From Azolla caroliniana (lineage: Eukaryota; Plantae; Polypodiophyta), in the NCBI GenBank assembly GCA_043228905.1, contig JBHGNT010000018.1, forward strand, positions 4,340,001 to 4,404,000: a stretch of 64,000 bases of DNA, in the 5' to 3' direction. The notes under the pieces were generated by a model. The model worked only from the letters and a program-made list of their open reading frames with translations. It made no database searches and had not been told where the DNA came from. How positions within the stretch are numbered: the first letter of the stretch is position 1; each line of letters opens with the position of its first letter. Below are positions 46,376 through 59,728 of this stretch, piece by piece. The translations under genes and the position numbers were made by a program.

Positions 46376-49245
46376 GATTATCAAAATCATCACATTCTTT
46401 TGGTATCTAATGATCATGAAGCTCTTGCTTGTTTCTCTCATGATTTGGGCGAACTGTCATAAACTGTACAGTTCTTCGTCCATCTTGGCTTCGAATCATC
46501 GCATAGGTAGAACCATTGTCAAGGACTTTGGTCTCCATCCGTACCGCTATGATGTATGGTTGCCCCAAGATTATCCGATAGGTAGATCCTTGCTACACAA
46601 AGAAATGTTGATCTACCTCTATATCACCAATAATAACCTTTACATTTGGGCATGCACCAAATAAATCTTTGGTGACTGATGTGACTGCTTTTACGCGCCA
46701 ACCATATTGAGTATCAATTGGTCATTTACCTTTCCTGTAAAAATCAGCACTCATTATATTTATTTCAGAACCATGATCAATAAGTGCCATCACCGAGTCT
46801 GGAACATTTCCAATCTTCACATGATGCTCAGTAGTGGCTCTTGCCCAACATTTGCGAGAGTAGTGGCTTCTTGTCTCTATTGAACTTATCATTGAGTTTG
46901 ATGCATGTTGAGAGTCAACAATGATATTGTTCGACTCGTTGCTTACCACTTCATATGCCACCTTCGGATTTGTTTCTTTAACCTACTCATTTACTTGCTT
47001 CTTTCTTCGCACAATATCAATTATTTCATCATGAAATTCCTTTTTTGCAATACCTAACACTTCTCTTAGTGTAAATTCTACTTGACTATCTAGTATTCTT
47101 ATTTCTAAAATTTTCTTTAAATTTGTATCCTTTTCAATATCAGACATTAATTTGAATGAAGGACCAGATTTACCTTTTTCAACTTTTGCGTCCATCTCTT
47201 TTCTTTTGCTTTCTCTTGTTTCATGCTTTTTTGTTGAGCCAATCTCATCATCCGACCTTTTACTTTTTTCTTCCACTATCACCTCATGGTCTTGGTGTCC
47301 TGCCATCTAAGCATAGACTATCATAGCATCTACCGGAACATCCCATCGAGTATTTTTCCTTACAGAATCTCCAACAACACGAAGGTCTTCCATCTTCGTC
47401 TTTTGCTTTTGTGCGGAACCTTCTCCCAAAATGATGATCGGCATGGCGTGTCATCAAGACGCATTCCTGTCTTTGCCGAATAGTACATTGCAGAAGCCTT
47501 CTTTGTTTCAGCTTCTTCAAACTTAACCTTAACACCACCATCACCAAAGTTCTTTGTAAGTGGACTTCTAGTTTTAGTTAAGTAATTGTTACCATTTTTG
47601 CAATAGACCAAGTCTCAATTTTCCATGTCTTTATATTCCGCGCAATCGCATAATCGATGTTCGAGACTATCACACCACATGCATCGAGGTCGAAATGGTT
47701 CCTTGACCTCGAAGTCTGACCATTCTCAAGCTCTGCCACTTTAATTGTTGGATATTTCATACTTTGAACTACATCATCAAGCAAAGCCTCACTCTTAGTT
47801 CTGGTCACCTCTTGTTGTTGATGCACTATTTCGTGTGATGGTTCTCGACCAAGTCTTTGAACTTCCATGTTTTGCTCAAGCCGATTCGTGATTCCCACAT
47901 GTGGTATTTGTAGCATTGCGCCATTCCTTTCAATTCTTGTCATAAATTTATTACAAGCATTTGTTACCTCAATCCAATTTGCAGTTATACCATCCTCAGT
48001 ATTTGGTAACTCAAGCATAAGTTCCAATTCTTTTCTATATCTCTTGTCAATTGCCTACAAAAATAAAGCAACCTTTTGCCAAGACAAAGAATTTCTTTCT
48101 TCCGGCTTTAAGTGTCCATACAATCTATCAAACTCTTTTTTCGTGTCAGCCACAGATAACCCTTTATCTTCTTTTAAGATCCATTCATGGAATGAACGCA
48201 TAGTAACGCAAGAGAAATCCTCACGAGCATATTCAGAATGCATTCCAATCCAAACTATGCAATGTTTCTATTTCATAAATTCTATCTCTTAATTCCATGT
48301 CCACAAATTTATAAAAGTTTGCTATCATATTGGCATCATTCATACTAGACATTTCCATTTCATCATAATATATATTCACATACTTCAAAATATTTGTGCC
48401 ATCAAACATACCAATCTTCTCTTGGACTTCTCGTAAGGCATGAAATAATCAATCTTGATTCAACTTTTCAATAAACAACCTTACCGGATACATTGTACTC
48501 GTACTTGCCATGTTGATGTTGATCTTTACTTTAGATGTCTCTTCTACTTCCCTGTTTCACGTCGGGTTCACCAAATTGAGTCGTGGCGTGGCTCGTCCAG
48601 AAGCATAGCGTTCCACAGACAAAAGATAATGTGAAAGTGAGTAAGGAATCACTAGGATTATGGACAGAAGAGACGAAAGAGTAGAGAGAGAGTAAATAGA
48701 GATTAACAAGACAAGATATAGAATGATATTTGAAAGGATAAAAGAGGTTTATAGTTATTTGATGAAAGAGTTACAAAATGGTTATGACCATCGTTGATCA
48801 TTAGAACTTTGTCTCACAAGGCAACTTCTCTTCTCATTCTTAAGATTAGATCACAATCTTCCCTTTTAGCTTTCGATGAGAGTAAGCCTCGAACCTCCGC
48901 CCTTTTGTAGTGAGTTGAGCACCACAACCGCCAAACTAGTTCTTTTCTTTTATTGTCTTCCTCTTTCTATCTTATGATATCTCAAGTATCTAATATAATT
49001 CTATTTGTTTTGATTGATATATCATACGATATAGTTCTTCAATTTCAATTCCTTCGATATCCTTGTGACTACATTCCCTTCTCCTTTTATAGGAAGGGGA
49101 TGGTTTTGCATGTGGGCCATATGTCACACATGCAAAGAGGGCTCTTGCATGTGTGCTATATGGTGCACATGTAGTACATTACATGGTTTAGACTGTACAA
49201 TGTTACTTCAAATAAAACAACACATTTTGTTTTACACATATATAA

Positions 49246-49410
49246 GGAGTATTGGCTAAATGGTGGGCTTTGAAGTTTATAATGTGGAGGTTGTTGGTTC
49301 AAGTCTTCTCTCGCCCACATATAGTTTTATATATACTGCAATATTAGTGTAAATGGTAAGGTTTCAAAGTCATAAGGTGGGGGTTATTGGTTCAACTCCT
49401 CTCTTGTCCA
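49246..49410 (+). promoter_or_regulatory. Two tRNA-like modules in F 5' LTR
   Basis: Consensus-matching A box TGGCTAAATGG (49253-49263) with B box GGTTCAAGTC; second module TAGTGTAAATGGTAAGG...GTCATAA...GGTTCAACTCC. Confidence 0.68.
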
Positions 49411-52400
49411 TGTAATATAATATATATGTTTTATTTGCCTCTATATATAATGTATAATATTATCATAGTGTGTTTTTAATATTACCTTTATAAAACAATA
49501 TCAAGATATATTTTATTTTAGTTACGTATTTATCTTTTTGTAGACTTTTAATGTGAAGCTTGCGTACTTTACGACACCACTGCCCAGTGTTCTCTTCATG
49601 TATCAACTTATTGTTCGCACAGCAAAAGCTATGTCTAATCTCGTGCAGACCATAGCATACATTAGACTGCCGACGGTTGAGGCATATGGTACTTTCCTTA
49701 TCTCAGCCTTTTCTTTCTCCCTTCTCGGGCATTGCCTTGTATTTAACTTGCAATTAGTCGATAACACAGAGCCGATCGTCTTTTCTTCTGTCATGTTGAA
49801 TCTTTCTAGGATCTTCGTCACGTATTTCTCTTGTGACAACCACAACACTTTCTTAGTTTTGTCTCGAACTATGTGCATCCCTAAGATCTGTTTAGTCGGA
49901 CCAAGATCTTTCATGGCAAGCGACTTGCCTAGAGCTTTCTTCAAGCTTCTAATATTTCTTGTATCTTGACCGACTATCAACATGTTGTCTACATATAATA
50001 AGAGAATCAATAAATCACCTTCATCGTACCTTTTGACGAACACACAATGATCAGCCTATGTTTTCTGGAACCCATGTTCCACCATGAAGGACTCGAACTT
50101 CTTGTACCATTGGCGTGGAGCTTGTTTTAGGTCATACAAGCTTTTTTTCAGTCGACACACCAGATTCTCATTCCCTTTCTCCACAAAACCTTCAAGTTGC
50201 TCCATGTAGATCTCTTCATCCAACTCCCCGTGCAAGAATGCCGTCTTGACATCCAACTATTCAACCTCCACATCCATGCTAGCAGATATACTCAGAACAG
50301 TTCTAATGGATGTCATCTTCACGACTGGAGCGAATATTTCGTCAGAGTCGATACCCTTTTTCTGTTAGAAACCCTTCACCACAATGCAGGCTTTATACCT
50401 AGGCGCACTGTCAACTTCTCCAGTCTTCACCTTGTAGAACCATTTGTTCTTGAGTGCTCTCTTACTTCTCAATAATTCTACCAGGTCATAGGTGTAGTTT
50501 TCATGCAAGGAGTCCATCTCATCTTGCATCGCGTTTAGGCATTTCTCTCTGTGCTCGTCGACACTGGCTTCATCATAGCATTATGGCTCACCTTCATTAG
50601 TCAAGAGGATGTATTGATTGGCATATGTTGTTGGTGCTCTCCTTCCACTCGTTGTCGACTCTCGTTCGGGTGTCTCTCCCGACTCTCCTCTTTGCTTGGG
50701 TTCATATATGTCGATCGGTTTTTCAAGGTTGGACGACTCCAACTCGTATTCCTCGATCGACCTTAACAGCTCTGTCGACAATCATGGAGAGAGGATGAAT
50801 CGAACTGACCTTAACTGCCCTTTATATTCGACACCATTGTCGGTTCGGATAGCCTTTAACTTTCGACTCGACTCCCGTTCGGCTCTTGCCTAGAAATCCT
50901 TGAAGAATGACAATACTTGATCTTTTGACTTTAATACAAAAGCCCACAACTTCCAACTGTAGTCATTGATAAAGGTCACAAGTATTGTCCGCCTCGGTGT
51001 GACGAAGCATCTACATAGCACTCATCAATGGCATTTCTCTTCTCTTTGGTGGTCTAGAGTGGAATGTTGCTCTGTTCTACTTTCCAACTAAGTTGTCGAC
51101 ACACTTCTCTAGGTGCACTCCCTTTACCTCTGGTAGAAGCCTCTGGTCGGCCAACAAATGCAGTCCCTTCTCACTGATGTGGCCTACCCTCTTATGCCAT
51201 ATCTGTCCTGCCGAGTCAGTTGCCACATTCACTTCCGAGTTGCACAGTCGGGCTTGCATCATATACAATGTGCCTTCCTTCTGTGCTCAAGCCACTATAA
51301 GATTTCCTCAGTAGAACTTCCACTTGCCATTCCGGAAATTACCACTGTAGCCTTCGTCGTCCAGTCTTCCTATCGATATCAGATTCAATCTTATATCGGG
51401 GACGTGTCGAACATCCTTTAGAGTTAGCCGACACCCCGTCGGCCTCGTCAAGCAAACACTTCCGATTTCGGCTACCCTGCACTCCCCACTGTCACCCATC
51501 TTTACATAACCATGGTCACCGGCTATGTAAGTCAAGAAATACTCTTTTGATGGAGTTATGTGGAAGGATGCACCGGAGTCAATCGCCCAAGTGCATTCTT
51601 CGCTCACAAGGTTTGCACTTGTCTGTTCGCAAATGAACAACAGTTCTTCATTGCTCATAGCAATGGCTGAAGTGCCCTTTTCATCAGGAATCTTCCTGGG
51701 TTCAACACCATTACCGACACTTTTTTCCTTCCTCATGTGTCGGCAATCCTTCTGGAAGTGTCCACGTTTTCCACAATAGAAGCACACAAGCTTACCTCTG
51801 GACTTCAACCTGGCTTGAGACTTTTCTCTCCTAGGTGGACTTCTTTGCCAGTTCCTCCCTCTATCGATGTGTTGAGTCAAATTTGACTCCAACTAGACTA
51901 GAACACCCTTCTCCTTCCTTCTCACTTCCTCATTCAGGATGCTTGTCTTCACCGCTTGTAAAGACACGTTCTCCTCTTGACATGAGGTGCTGAGAGTAAC
52001 GACCAGGTTCTCCCAGCTATCCGGCAGTGTGCACATCAGCAAGATGGCCTGCATGGTATCATCGAGGGGAAACTTGGTTGCAGCAAGTTGATTCACAAGA
52101 CCTGACAGCTTCTGCCACATTTCGTGGGCATTCGTGTCGTTCGCCACATGCTAAAGGACACTTACATGGACGCATTGTCGGATGGTGGCCACCGCCTTTC
52201 TGTTGAGAATTTTCCATTCTGACTCTAATACCCCCGTGGGTATTCCTCCTCTATCAATCGGCTCGTACAGGTCTTTGACTATGAGAAAGTCCTCCATCTT
52301 TATCTTCCAGTCTGCATAGTTCTGAGAGTTCAGAACTATCATTCCTGGGAAGCCGCTAACACCTCCTTCCATGGTTGCACCTCAAGCTCTGATACCAGTT

Positions 52401-53754
52401 TGTTGAGAGACGAATCGTCAATCCACAATAAAAGAATGCGTTGAAATACACAGTTCGGAAACACACAAGACAATGTGCACAGATTTTATGTGAAAACCCT
52501 AAAGCGGGAGAAAACCACGGAGAACAGAGCTTCACTATATATAGTGGATATACAAGGACGGGATTAGAGTACCACACTCTCTAATCTGAGTGTATCAGCC
52601 ACGTAGGGCTCTTACAAAACACGACTATGGCGCCGCTCTCACAGTCTCTCTTCACGTTCTCACTCTTCTCTATCGTTCTCTACATTAGAGGATCACACAC
52701 TGTTTTGCCTCACTCACACACACTACTAACACTACTTGCCCTAGGTGTATTTATATTATACCTTGTATGGGCTATTTACAAAAGTAGCCACTACTACACA
52801 ATACTACTATTATTATCTATAATAATGACTGCCCATCAGTCGACCCTAGTGTTGATTGTCTAGCCGGTCCGACTAGTCAGCCTCGTCATCGACCATCTAG
52901 TCGGCCCGACTAGTCGGTCGTGTCTTTGACCTGGATCTCCTTTTTGTCGACTCTTAGAGTCGACTTTCTCGCAGTCAACTCTTCAACTATTGGTACTCGA
53001 CCCGAGTAGTTTGCTCCTCCTAGTCTTTGATTGTCGACACTTCTTGGCCTGAACAATCGGCTACTCCCACTAGAGGGATATATTCCTAATAGTTTCCACC
53101 AAGGGAGCAAACCACACCTCCATTGGTTCCGTCAATAGTGAACCCAAGTGACCGACCTGGTGGGAACATGTGGTGTAATGACGGGGCTGTAGGCGGATGA
53201 TGAGGTGGATCTGATTAAGGAAGCTGTGTAGTCATGAGCGCATTCCATCGAACATATCGGGAAGGTTAACTTTGGGTTCATCGTAGGGTTCTTGGTATGG
53301 TGGCAGTGGGTTGAGTGTGATGGTTGGGGTAACAGAGGATGTGGTAGACTGAAGCTCAAGTAAAAATTTATGAAGGGTAGCATTCTCGGCTCGAAGTTGT
53401 TCCAAAGCTACGAGTATTTGAGGTAGGCTATCGGTAGGATCGGGCATGACTTTCAATGTGAGGTTAACGGAGGGTGGGAGAGGGCGAAAAGAAGGAGAAC
53501 TAGTTGTTAAAGACAAAAGTAAAAACAGAATTACAAGAGCTTACTGGTAGGAGCAAGGATGCGATTCTCAAGTGCAGAAGAGCAAATATCATTAACTAGT
53601 GTTGTTCACCTTGAATTCATTCAAGGTGACCTCAAATACTTATACTAAGCAGTTGTTGCATGCATGTGATACAATAGAGCATGTCTGTACACATCCATGT
53701 GCCACATGTAAAGAATACAAGGGAGCAATTATACACATAAATTGATCGTATATT

Positions 53755-53824
53755 GGATATGTTGTGTAACATATAACACTAAATTATACTACAAGAGGTC
53801 AAGAGTTCGAATCTTGACGTAACC
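53755..53824 (+). promoter_or_regulatory. tRNA-like module at the outer end of the chromovirus J 5' LTR (antisense to J)
   Basis: AGAGGTCAAGAGTTCGAATCTTGAC: B box inside a 7-bp stem GTCAAGA/TCTTGAC; A box degenerate. Confidence 0.55.
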
Positions 53825-56268
53825 TAATTATGTTGGTCTCAACATATTTGGTGTTTTGTGAGATTTCAAAAGTTTTCTTCATGTGTGTCTCATTAGAATG
53901 GATATTCATACTTTTTTCTTTTTTCTTTTTTCTTAAAAAGATACGCCTTGGTATTATAAAATCATAAGAAATACAAAGTTGTGTTGGATATACTAACTGA
54001 TTCCCTCGTACTCTCATCATGGCCGATTTGATGTGTATATACAATAACCACACATAGTTTTTTGTACGTTGATGTTCAATATTCCTTGCGGTTAAAGATT
54101 CAGGTTCCCTTATATACAACCACCATCGAATTAGTCTTAATGTGTGAATAAAACATACACATATGAGCTCAATGTTGTAGGTGTGACACTCAAGTCGTCA
54201 ACCCCTCTTAAGGTCATCATAGCATTTGCTAGTTCCACAACATGCGGAGCATGTAAAAAGCAAGTGATAAATTCTCTATTAGTCATTCCTTGCACACCTT
54301 GCCTACCTTTATATTTGGTTGATTTGGTGCCATAATGCAACTTCAATACCTAGTTTATGGCTATACGATGTTAGATATAATCAATGATCAGCCCCAAGTT
54401 CCCCATATGTGCTCTTAGAGTGCACATTTTGTGATAGTGCCCCAAATGAGGAGTGGCTAGTCTGCAACTCGACCATATGGGTCGATAAGGTGTTAATCTA
54501 GGAAACCATAGATGTGTAGGACACAATGTATTTTGGAAAGAGAGAAATAGGTAATAGGATTGGCTAATCAAGTCAACTAGAATATTTTGTGAGCAAGTTA
54601 TGATGTACTTAGTCTTGAAGTATGTGTCATTGACTTCAAGATAAGTACTATCTAGCACTAGCCTGTACCTAGGGAGTTGGTCATATTAAATGACAAGTCA
54701 GTTGATAGAAAAGGAATATCTCCACTACTATCAATTGACTTGCACATTTAATGTTATACTTAGACCAAACATAGAAAGCAATCCACTTTCTTTTCACAGT
54801 GGTTGGCTTGATTATCAGTCCCCACTAATTTTGTAGTGAGTTGGTCCATATCCTATCTAAGCTCTAAGGTGTGAGTGCATGGGAAAACTACCATTGTGAG
54901 CTACTCTCATATGTAATAGAAGTTTTGTTTTCATATATCCCATCTCTATAGTTGTAACTCTATATACCTATCTAATCGATTCTCAATATTTCTAACATGG
55001 TATCAGAGCGAGAGGTTGATCTAGATTAGGTATATACGGGATATACCTATCTAATCAATTCTCAATATTTCTAACATGGTATCAGAGCGAGAGGTTGATC
55101 TAGATTAGGCCTTGTCCACAAATGTTGCAGTTGCTCCACTACGCATTCGCCCACCTCCATTGTCTAATGGAAAGCTAGATGGAACCAACTACACTCTATG
55201 GAAGTTCAAAATGTCTGCCATTTTGGACTCCTAGGAGTTGTTGGAGACAATCATGGGACCCACAGGAGGAGACCCTGAGCCCATGACGACATTTGGCCCT
55301 GCACACCCTACCACATCAATCCCTCCAAATGTTGATCTACTTCGAGCCCGGAAGAGAAGGAATGTTGATGCATTGTGTACCATAGTCAGTGGTGTATATG
55401 ACTCTGTACTAACATTAGTGCAACATACAACCAAGGCACATGAAGCTTGGAGCATATTGGCCAGCCAGTATGAGACCAAAAACTATACAAGGATAGAAAA
55501 CCTTGAAATCAGCTTGCTGTAGAGAAGCTCGCCGATGGAGAGAAAGTAGAATCCTTTGTAAAAAGGATTAAGGATCTTCAAGATTAGCTAGCGGCTGTTG
55601 GAGTAGTCGTCTCTCAAGAGGATATGGCTCGTCGGTGCATTCGAGTACTTCCTTTCAAGTATGATGGCATTGTGACAGCATTGAACACTCAGGTTCGACC
55701 CATTCCTTTAAAATTTGATGAACTAAGTGCGATGCTGCTTGAAGAGGAGCTTCGGCTGAAGGTAAGAGAAGGAAGGTAAGATTCAACATTGTCTCTAGGA
55801 CTAAGGGTATGGCTCATCGGTGCATTCGAGTACTTCCTTTCAAGTATGATGGCATTGTGACAGCATTGAACACTCAGGTTCGACCCACTACTTTAAAATT
55901 TGATGAACTAAGTGCGATGCTGCTTGAAGAGGAGCTTCGACTAAAGACAAGAGAAGGAAGGGAAGATTCGGCATTTGTCTCTAGAACTAAGGGTAAAGGG
56001 GCATCCAATTCAAAGAATGCAAATAGGATACCAAAGAAGAAGTTCAATGGATCGTGTTTCTATTGTGACAAGAAGGGTCACACAATCAAGGATTGTCGGA
56101 AGAAGATGGCGGACGACAAGAATGGTTCTAGTAAGACCTCTTGGAGAGAGCCCGAGTCCGCCAACAATGTCGTAGATGAGCTTGAGTTATGGGTCGCAAC
56201 TAAAGAAGTGTGTTCTTCAGTTGACACCCAAGTTGTCGACGACTCTTGGATTCTCGATAGTGGAGCGT

Positions 56269-59200
56269 TGTCATGCCTTTCGGCGCCGGATCGTTGCGTG
56301 AGTCGGGTGGGAACCGTTGGGGTTTTGGACTAGGAGAAAGAAGAATTTGAGGCTAATCTAGTTATGAGTAGATTACAAGAAAGAGATATAGAAACTTGTG
56401 AATCCCACAAGTATAGATTATTAGATTTATTACTATTTAGAATCCTAATTACAATTTATCATAGATTGGAAGAGATAGATTATATAAAACTTCCTGAATC
56501 CCACGATTATATTAATTGGTGTTTTTAGGAAATATATCCAATTTCCCAAATATTTCACACACACACCCCCATTACATTGTGCTCCCCATCCTTATGTAGT
56601 GATGAGGGAGTCTTAGCAATCCATGCTTTTTCTTCTCTAACTATAGACTCCATGCTTTTCCTATAGATAGACTATATGCTTTATCTAAAGTGATCATGCA
56701 TTTTCTAACTTGTGCGTTTTTTATCAACTATAGTGTTCACGCACGCTAGATGTGCATGCGTAGTTTTTTCTTTTAGCATGTGTTTTCTTTTAACTAAAGT
56801 TTATCCTAGGTGAACTAACATTTCTATGTGGAACATCTACCTTTTAACACTAATGAAATGCTAGTGCAATGGTAAGACATTACAATCTTGCCCTACCCAT
56901 GTAATGCTTTTTTTGATATTTTCTTCTTCTTTTTTTCTTCATATTTATTCAATCGGTTATTTTATATTATTTTCTCATAGTGTACAAAATACACTATGAC
57001 ACTCGCTCCCTCCGAACCCGCACATCCTCCGGCATGTGCCGAAGTTGTCGGTGATTGTTAGCCTTCTCCATCCAATTGGTTTCGTCACTGGTCATTTTCG
57101 GTTGCCGGCTCTGTCCGGTCGCTAGTTTTCAGCTGCTTGCTCCACCCTGTTTCTGGTTACCGTCCCTCATAATTCTTCTTTACTTGTAGTACCCTCCGTT
57201 TCTCTCGCTATGTTGACTTTGTCTCTCCATTTTGAGCACAACCATTCTTTCCACCCAACCCATTTTCGCCATCCGATCCACCATAGTCTTCGTTCACTCT
57301 TTGCATAGTCATGGCTGATTGTCGCGGCTCCTCGTGCCCCTCTTGAGCATAACCATTCATGTCTTGTCAAATTTTCTTGGCCCGCTTGGTCCTTGTTATC
57401 CGTGGTAGTGCCTTTCCTTGGCCTCTTCCTTTGTTTATCAATGTCGATTTCTTTTCGAATCTCTGGTTGAGTCGGATTAGCTTCTTTTCGAATCGGTCTC
57501 GTCCGATCGTCTTTCGGTTGGATCGGCTTTCGTTCCAATTCATATTTGGCCGATTCGGACTCGGTTTATCGGTTTTTACCGATTCGGCCCCCTTTCAGGT
57601 CGGTTTCAACCAATCAGTTTCCGTCCGTATTTGCTTCCTTTTCCTCGTTTTCACCAGCCTCGACCAGATCGGTCTCATCTGGTCGGCTTTCGGTTCGAAT
57701 GATTTCCGTCCGCGTCGAACTCAACGAATCGGATTTTGTCTGAATCCACTTCTGCTTGCTTCAACTTTCGTTTAGACCGGAATTCCGGCCGGATCATCTT
57801 CCGTCCGAACCCACTTCCAGCTTTACATTCTTTGCTCCCACCTCCCGTCTCTCCGGTCTCACATTGGTTCTCAGACACAACCGCCAAAGTCTCTAGAATT
57901 AGTGGGTAGGAATCCTCGGTATTATCATCCTCCGTCGTTTCACCCATAGCCACCTTCTCGGTTATCTCTCCATCGTATGCATCGGCTTCGACCTTCCGTC
58001 TCTTTCGTCACCTTTTTTTTCTCTCCGCCACCTTCCGTCTCTTCGGTCTCACGTTGCCTTTCAGACGCAACCGCCGGAGTCTCTGGAATTAGTGATGGGA
58101 AAGTCTCAATGTGGTCATCCGACATTGATTCATCCATAGCCACCTCCGATTCGATGTAATCTTTTGCGGCGACCTCCTTAATCAAGTCCACCTCGCACTC
58201 TTTATCTCCATCAATTATGAAAGCATCTATTATGCTTACCTCTTTCTCATCTGAAGTCTCGAACACTCGTATCCCAAAATCTTCTTCTACACTTGAAGTG
58301 GTGTTCGCCACTCTTAGCTTATTGGCCTTATCCTTCGCCGTTGTTCTTTCGCAAGACAAGAGGGTAGCTTGTTCTACTCCCTCTCCCGTGGTACCTTCGT
58401 ATTGTATTTCAGCCTTCATGTCGGCTACATCATTTGTCCTCAATCAACCATCCTTCATGAGCCATGTAGTTGTTGACAAGATTCTCATCTTCCTCTCATC
58501 ATGTCTTCGGCATACCCTTTCAACTTTGGCCCAATCCTCAGTAAGACCGTTCGCACCGTCATCATCTTCGAGTTCGATCCCGATGTCCATCTTTTCCTTC
58601 CAATCAATCGATCTTACGAACATTAAGACTTTATCCTCCCCCACCAATCGTTGTTCCCGCTCCGATAGTCGAGCAAAACGATGCTCGAACTCTAGGAATG
58701 CTTGTGTTGCACTTCGGTGGGTCTTCTCCGATGCCACCAATTCATCGAACTCTCGCCGATCTCGTCTCTTCGATCTCTCGTAGTCATATGCCTCTCGTAA
58801 AGCTTCTTCAAAGGACCCCCATGTTGGGTTTTGTTGTCGTATCTTGTATATTCTCTCTTGTAACCCATCCGTGGTTACCCGACTGAAGGATATCACTTGC
58901 AATCCTTCCGGTATCCCAGATCGCATCATCTCCACCTTGTATTCACGTAGATAGTGTGACACATCATGTCTGTTGAATTGCCCGTTTCGTTGCACAATGC
59001 GCTCTATTGCCGACTTCATCTCCGACATCGCACGTTGCTCTCGTTGCATCCGCTCAATCATCATCATCATTATGCTCATCACCTCTTGTTGATTCTCCAT
59101 CTCCTTGCCACCCACTTTCACGTCGGGTTCACCACTTGTGTCGTGCCTTTCGGCGCCGGATCGTTGCGTGAGTCAGGTGGGAACCATTGGGGTTTTGGAC

Positions 59201-59728
59201 TAGGAGAAAGAAGAATTTGAGGCTAATCTAGTTATGAGTAGATTACAAGAAAGCGATATAGAAACTTGTGAATCCCACAAGTATAGATTATTAGATTTAT
59301 TACTATTTAGAATCCCCATCCTTATGTAGTGATGAGGGAGTCTTATCAATCCATGCTTTTTCTTCTCTAACTACAGACTCCATGCTTTTCCTATAGATAG
59401 ACTATATGCTTTATCTAAAGTGATCATGCGTTTTTTATCAACTATAGAGTTCATGCACGCTAGATATGCATGCGTAGTTTTTTCTTTTAGCATGCGTTTT
59501 CTTTTAACTAAAGTTTATCCTAGGTGAACTAAGCTTTCTATGTGGAACATCTACCTTTTAACATTAATGAAATGCTAGTGCAATGGTAAGACATTACATT
59601 AATAATATGGAGGTGCAAGGTTCGAATCTTTCCCTATGCATGTAATGCTTATTTTGATATTTTCTTCATATTTATTCAATCAGTTATTTTATATTATTTT
59701 CACGTAGTGTACGAAATACACTACGACA
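56269..59728 (-). mobile_element. Non-autonomous gag-only LTR element E, an older relative of D (LTRs 56269-57001 and 59139-59728)
   Basis: Perfect TSD GCGT; tRNA-Trp PBS 59117-59134; ORF fragments 58444-59121, 57940-58443, 57675-57953 and 57167-57538 are colinear with the D protein. Confidence 0.95.
59569..59640 (+). promoter_or_regulatory. 72-nt tRNA-like module in E 5' LTR (the 3' LTR copy at 56855-56900 is internally deleted)
   Basis: TAGTGCAATGGTAAGAC A box; GGAGGTGCAAGGTTCGAATCT B box. Confidence 0.72.

Larger units (their letters stand above)
42005..49576 (-). mobile_element. AT-rich Phygy-like Ty3/gypsy element F (5' LTR 48579-49576; 3' LTR 42005-~43146) inserted in the RT/RNase H region of G
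   Basis: LTR pair; tRNA-Trp PBS 48556-48573; degenerate 4-bp TSD ccgt/ccac; LIDHGSEIN protease, DLYSGYDQ, LPQGATNS, FLDDI, VDTSPIGIGW, HDSLLAGHRG. Confidence 0.93.
33286..53091 (-). mobile_element. Tnt1/Tork-like Ty1/copia element G (5' LTR 52401-53091; 3' LTR 33286-33877 + 41375-41443)
   Basis: LTR pair; Met PBS 52386-52397; PPT 41444-41455; 5-bp TSD atttc/gtttc; NYADWKIKMED gag, [33 protein letters not shown]. Confidence 0.93.
30223..53824 (-). mobile_element. Tcn1-like chromovirus J (5' LTR ~53505-53824; gag split by copia G at 53092/33285; PR-RT-RH-INT start at 32600-30223; 3' end lost)
   Basis: EPKVNLPDMFDG gag; LLDS protease; GFIRHSKSSVGAPILFV; MPFGLTNAP; YLDDIL; VEIDASHYAIGAILS; RRQAQW; CHD...HFG. 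No TGG tRNA PBS after the LTR. Confidence 0.85.
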
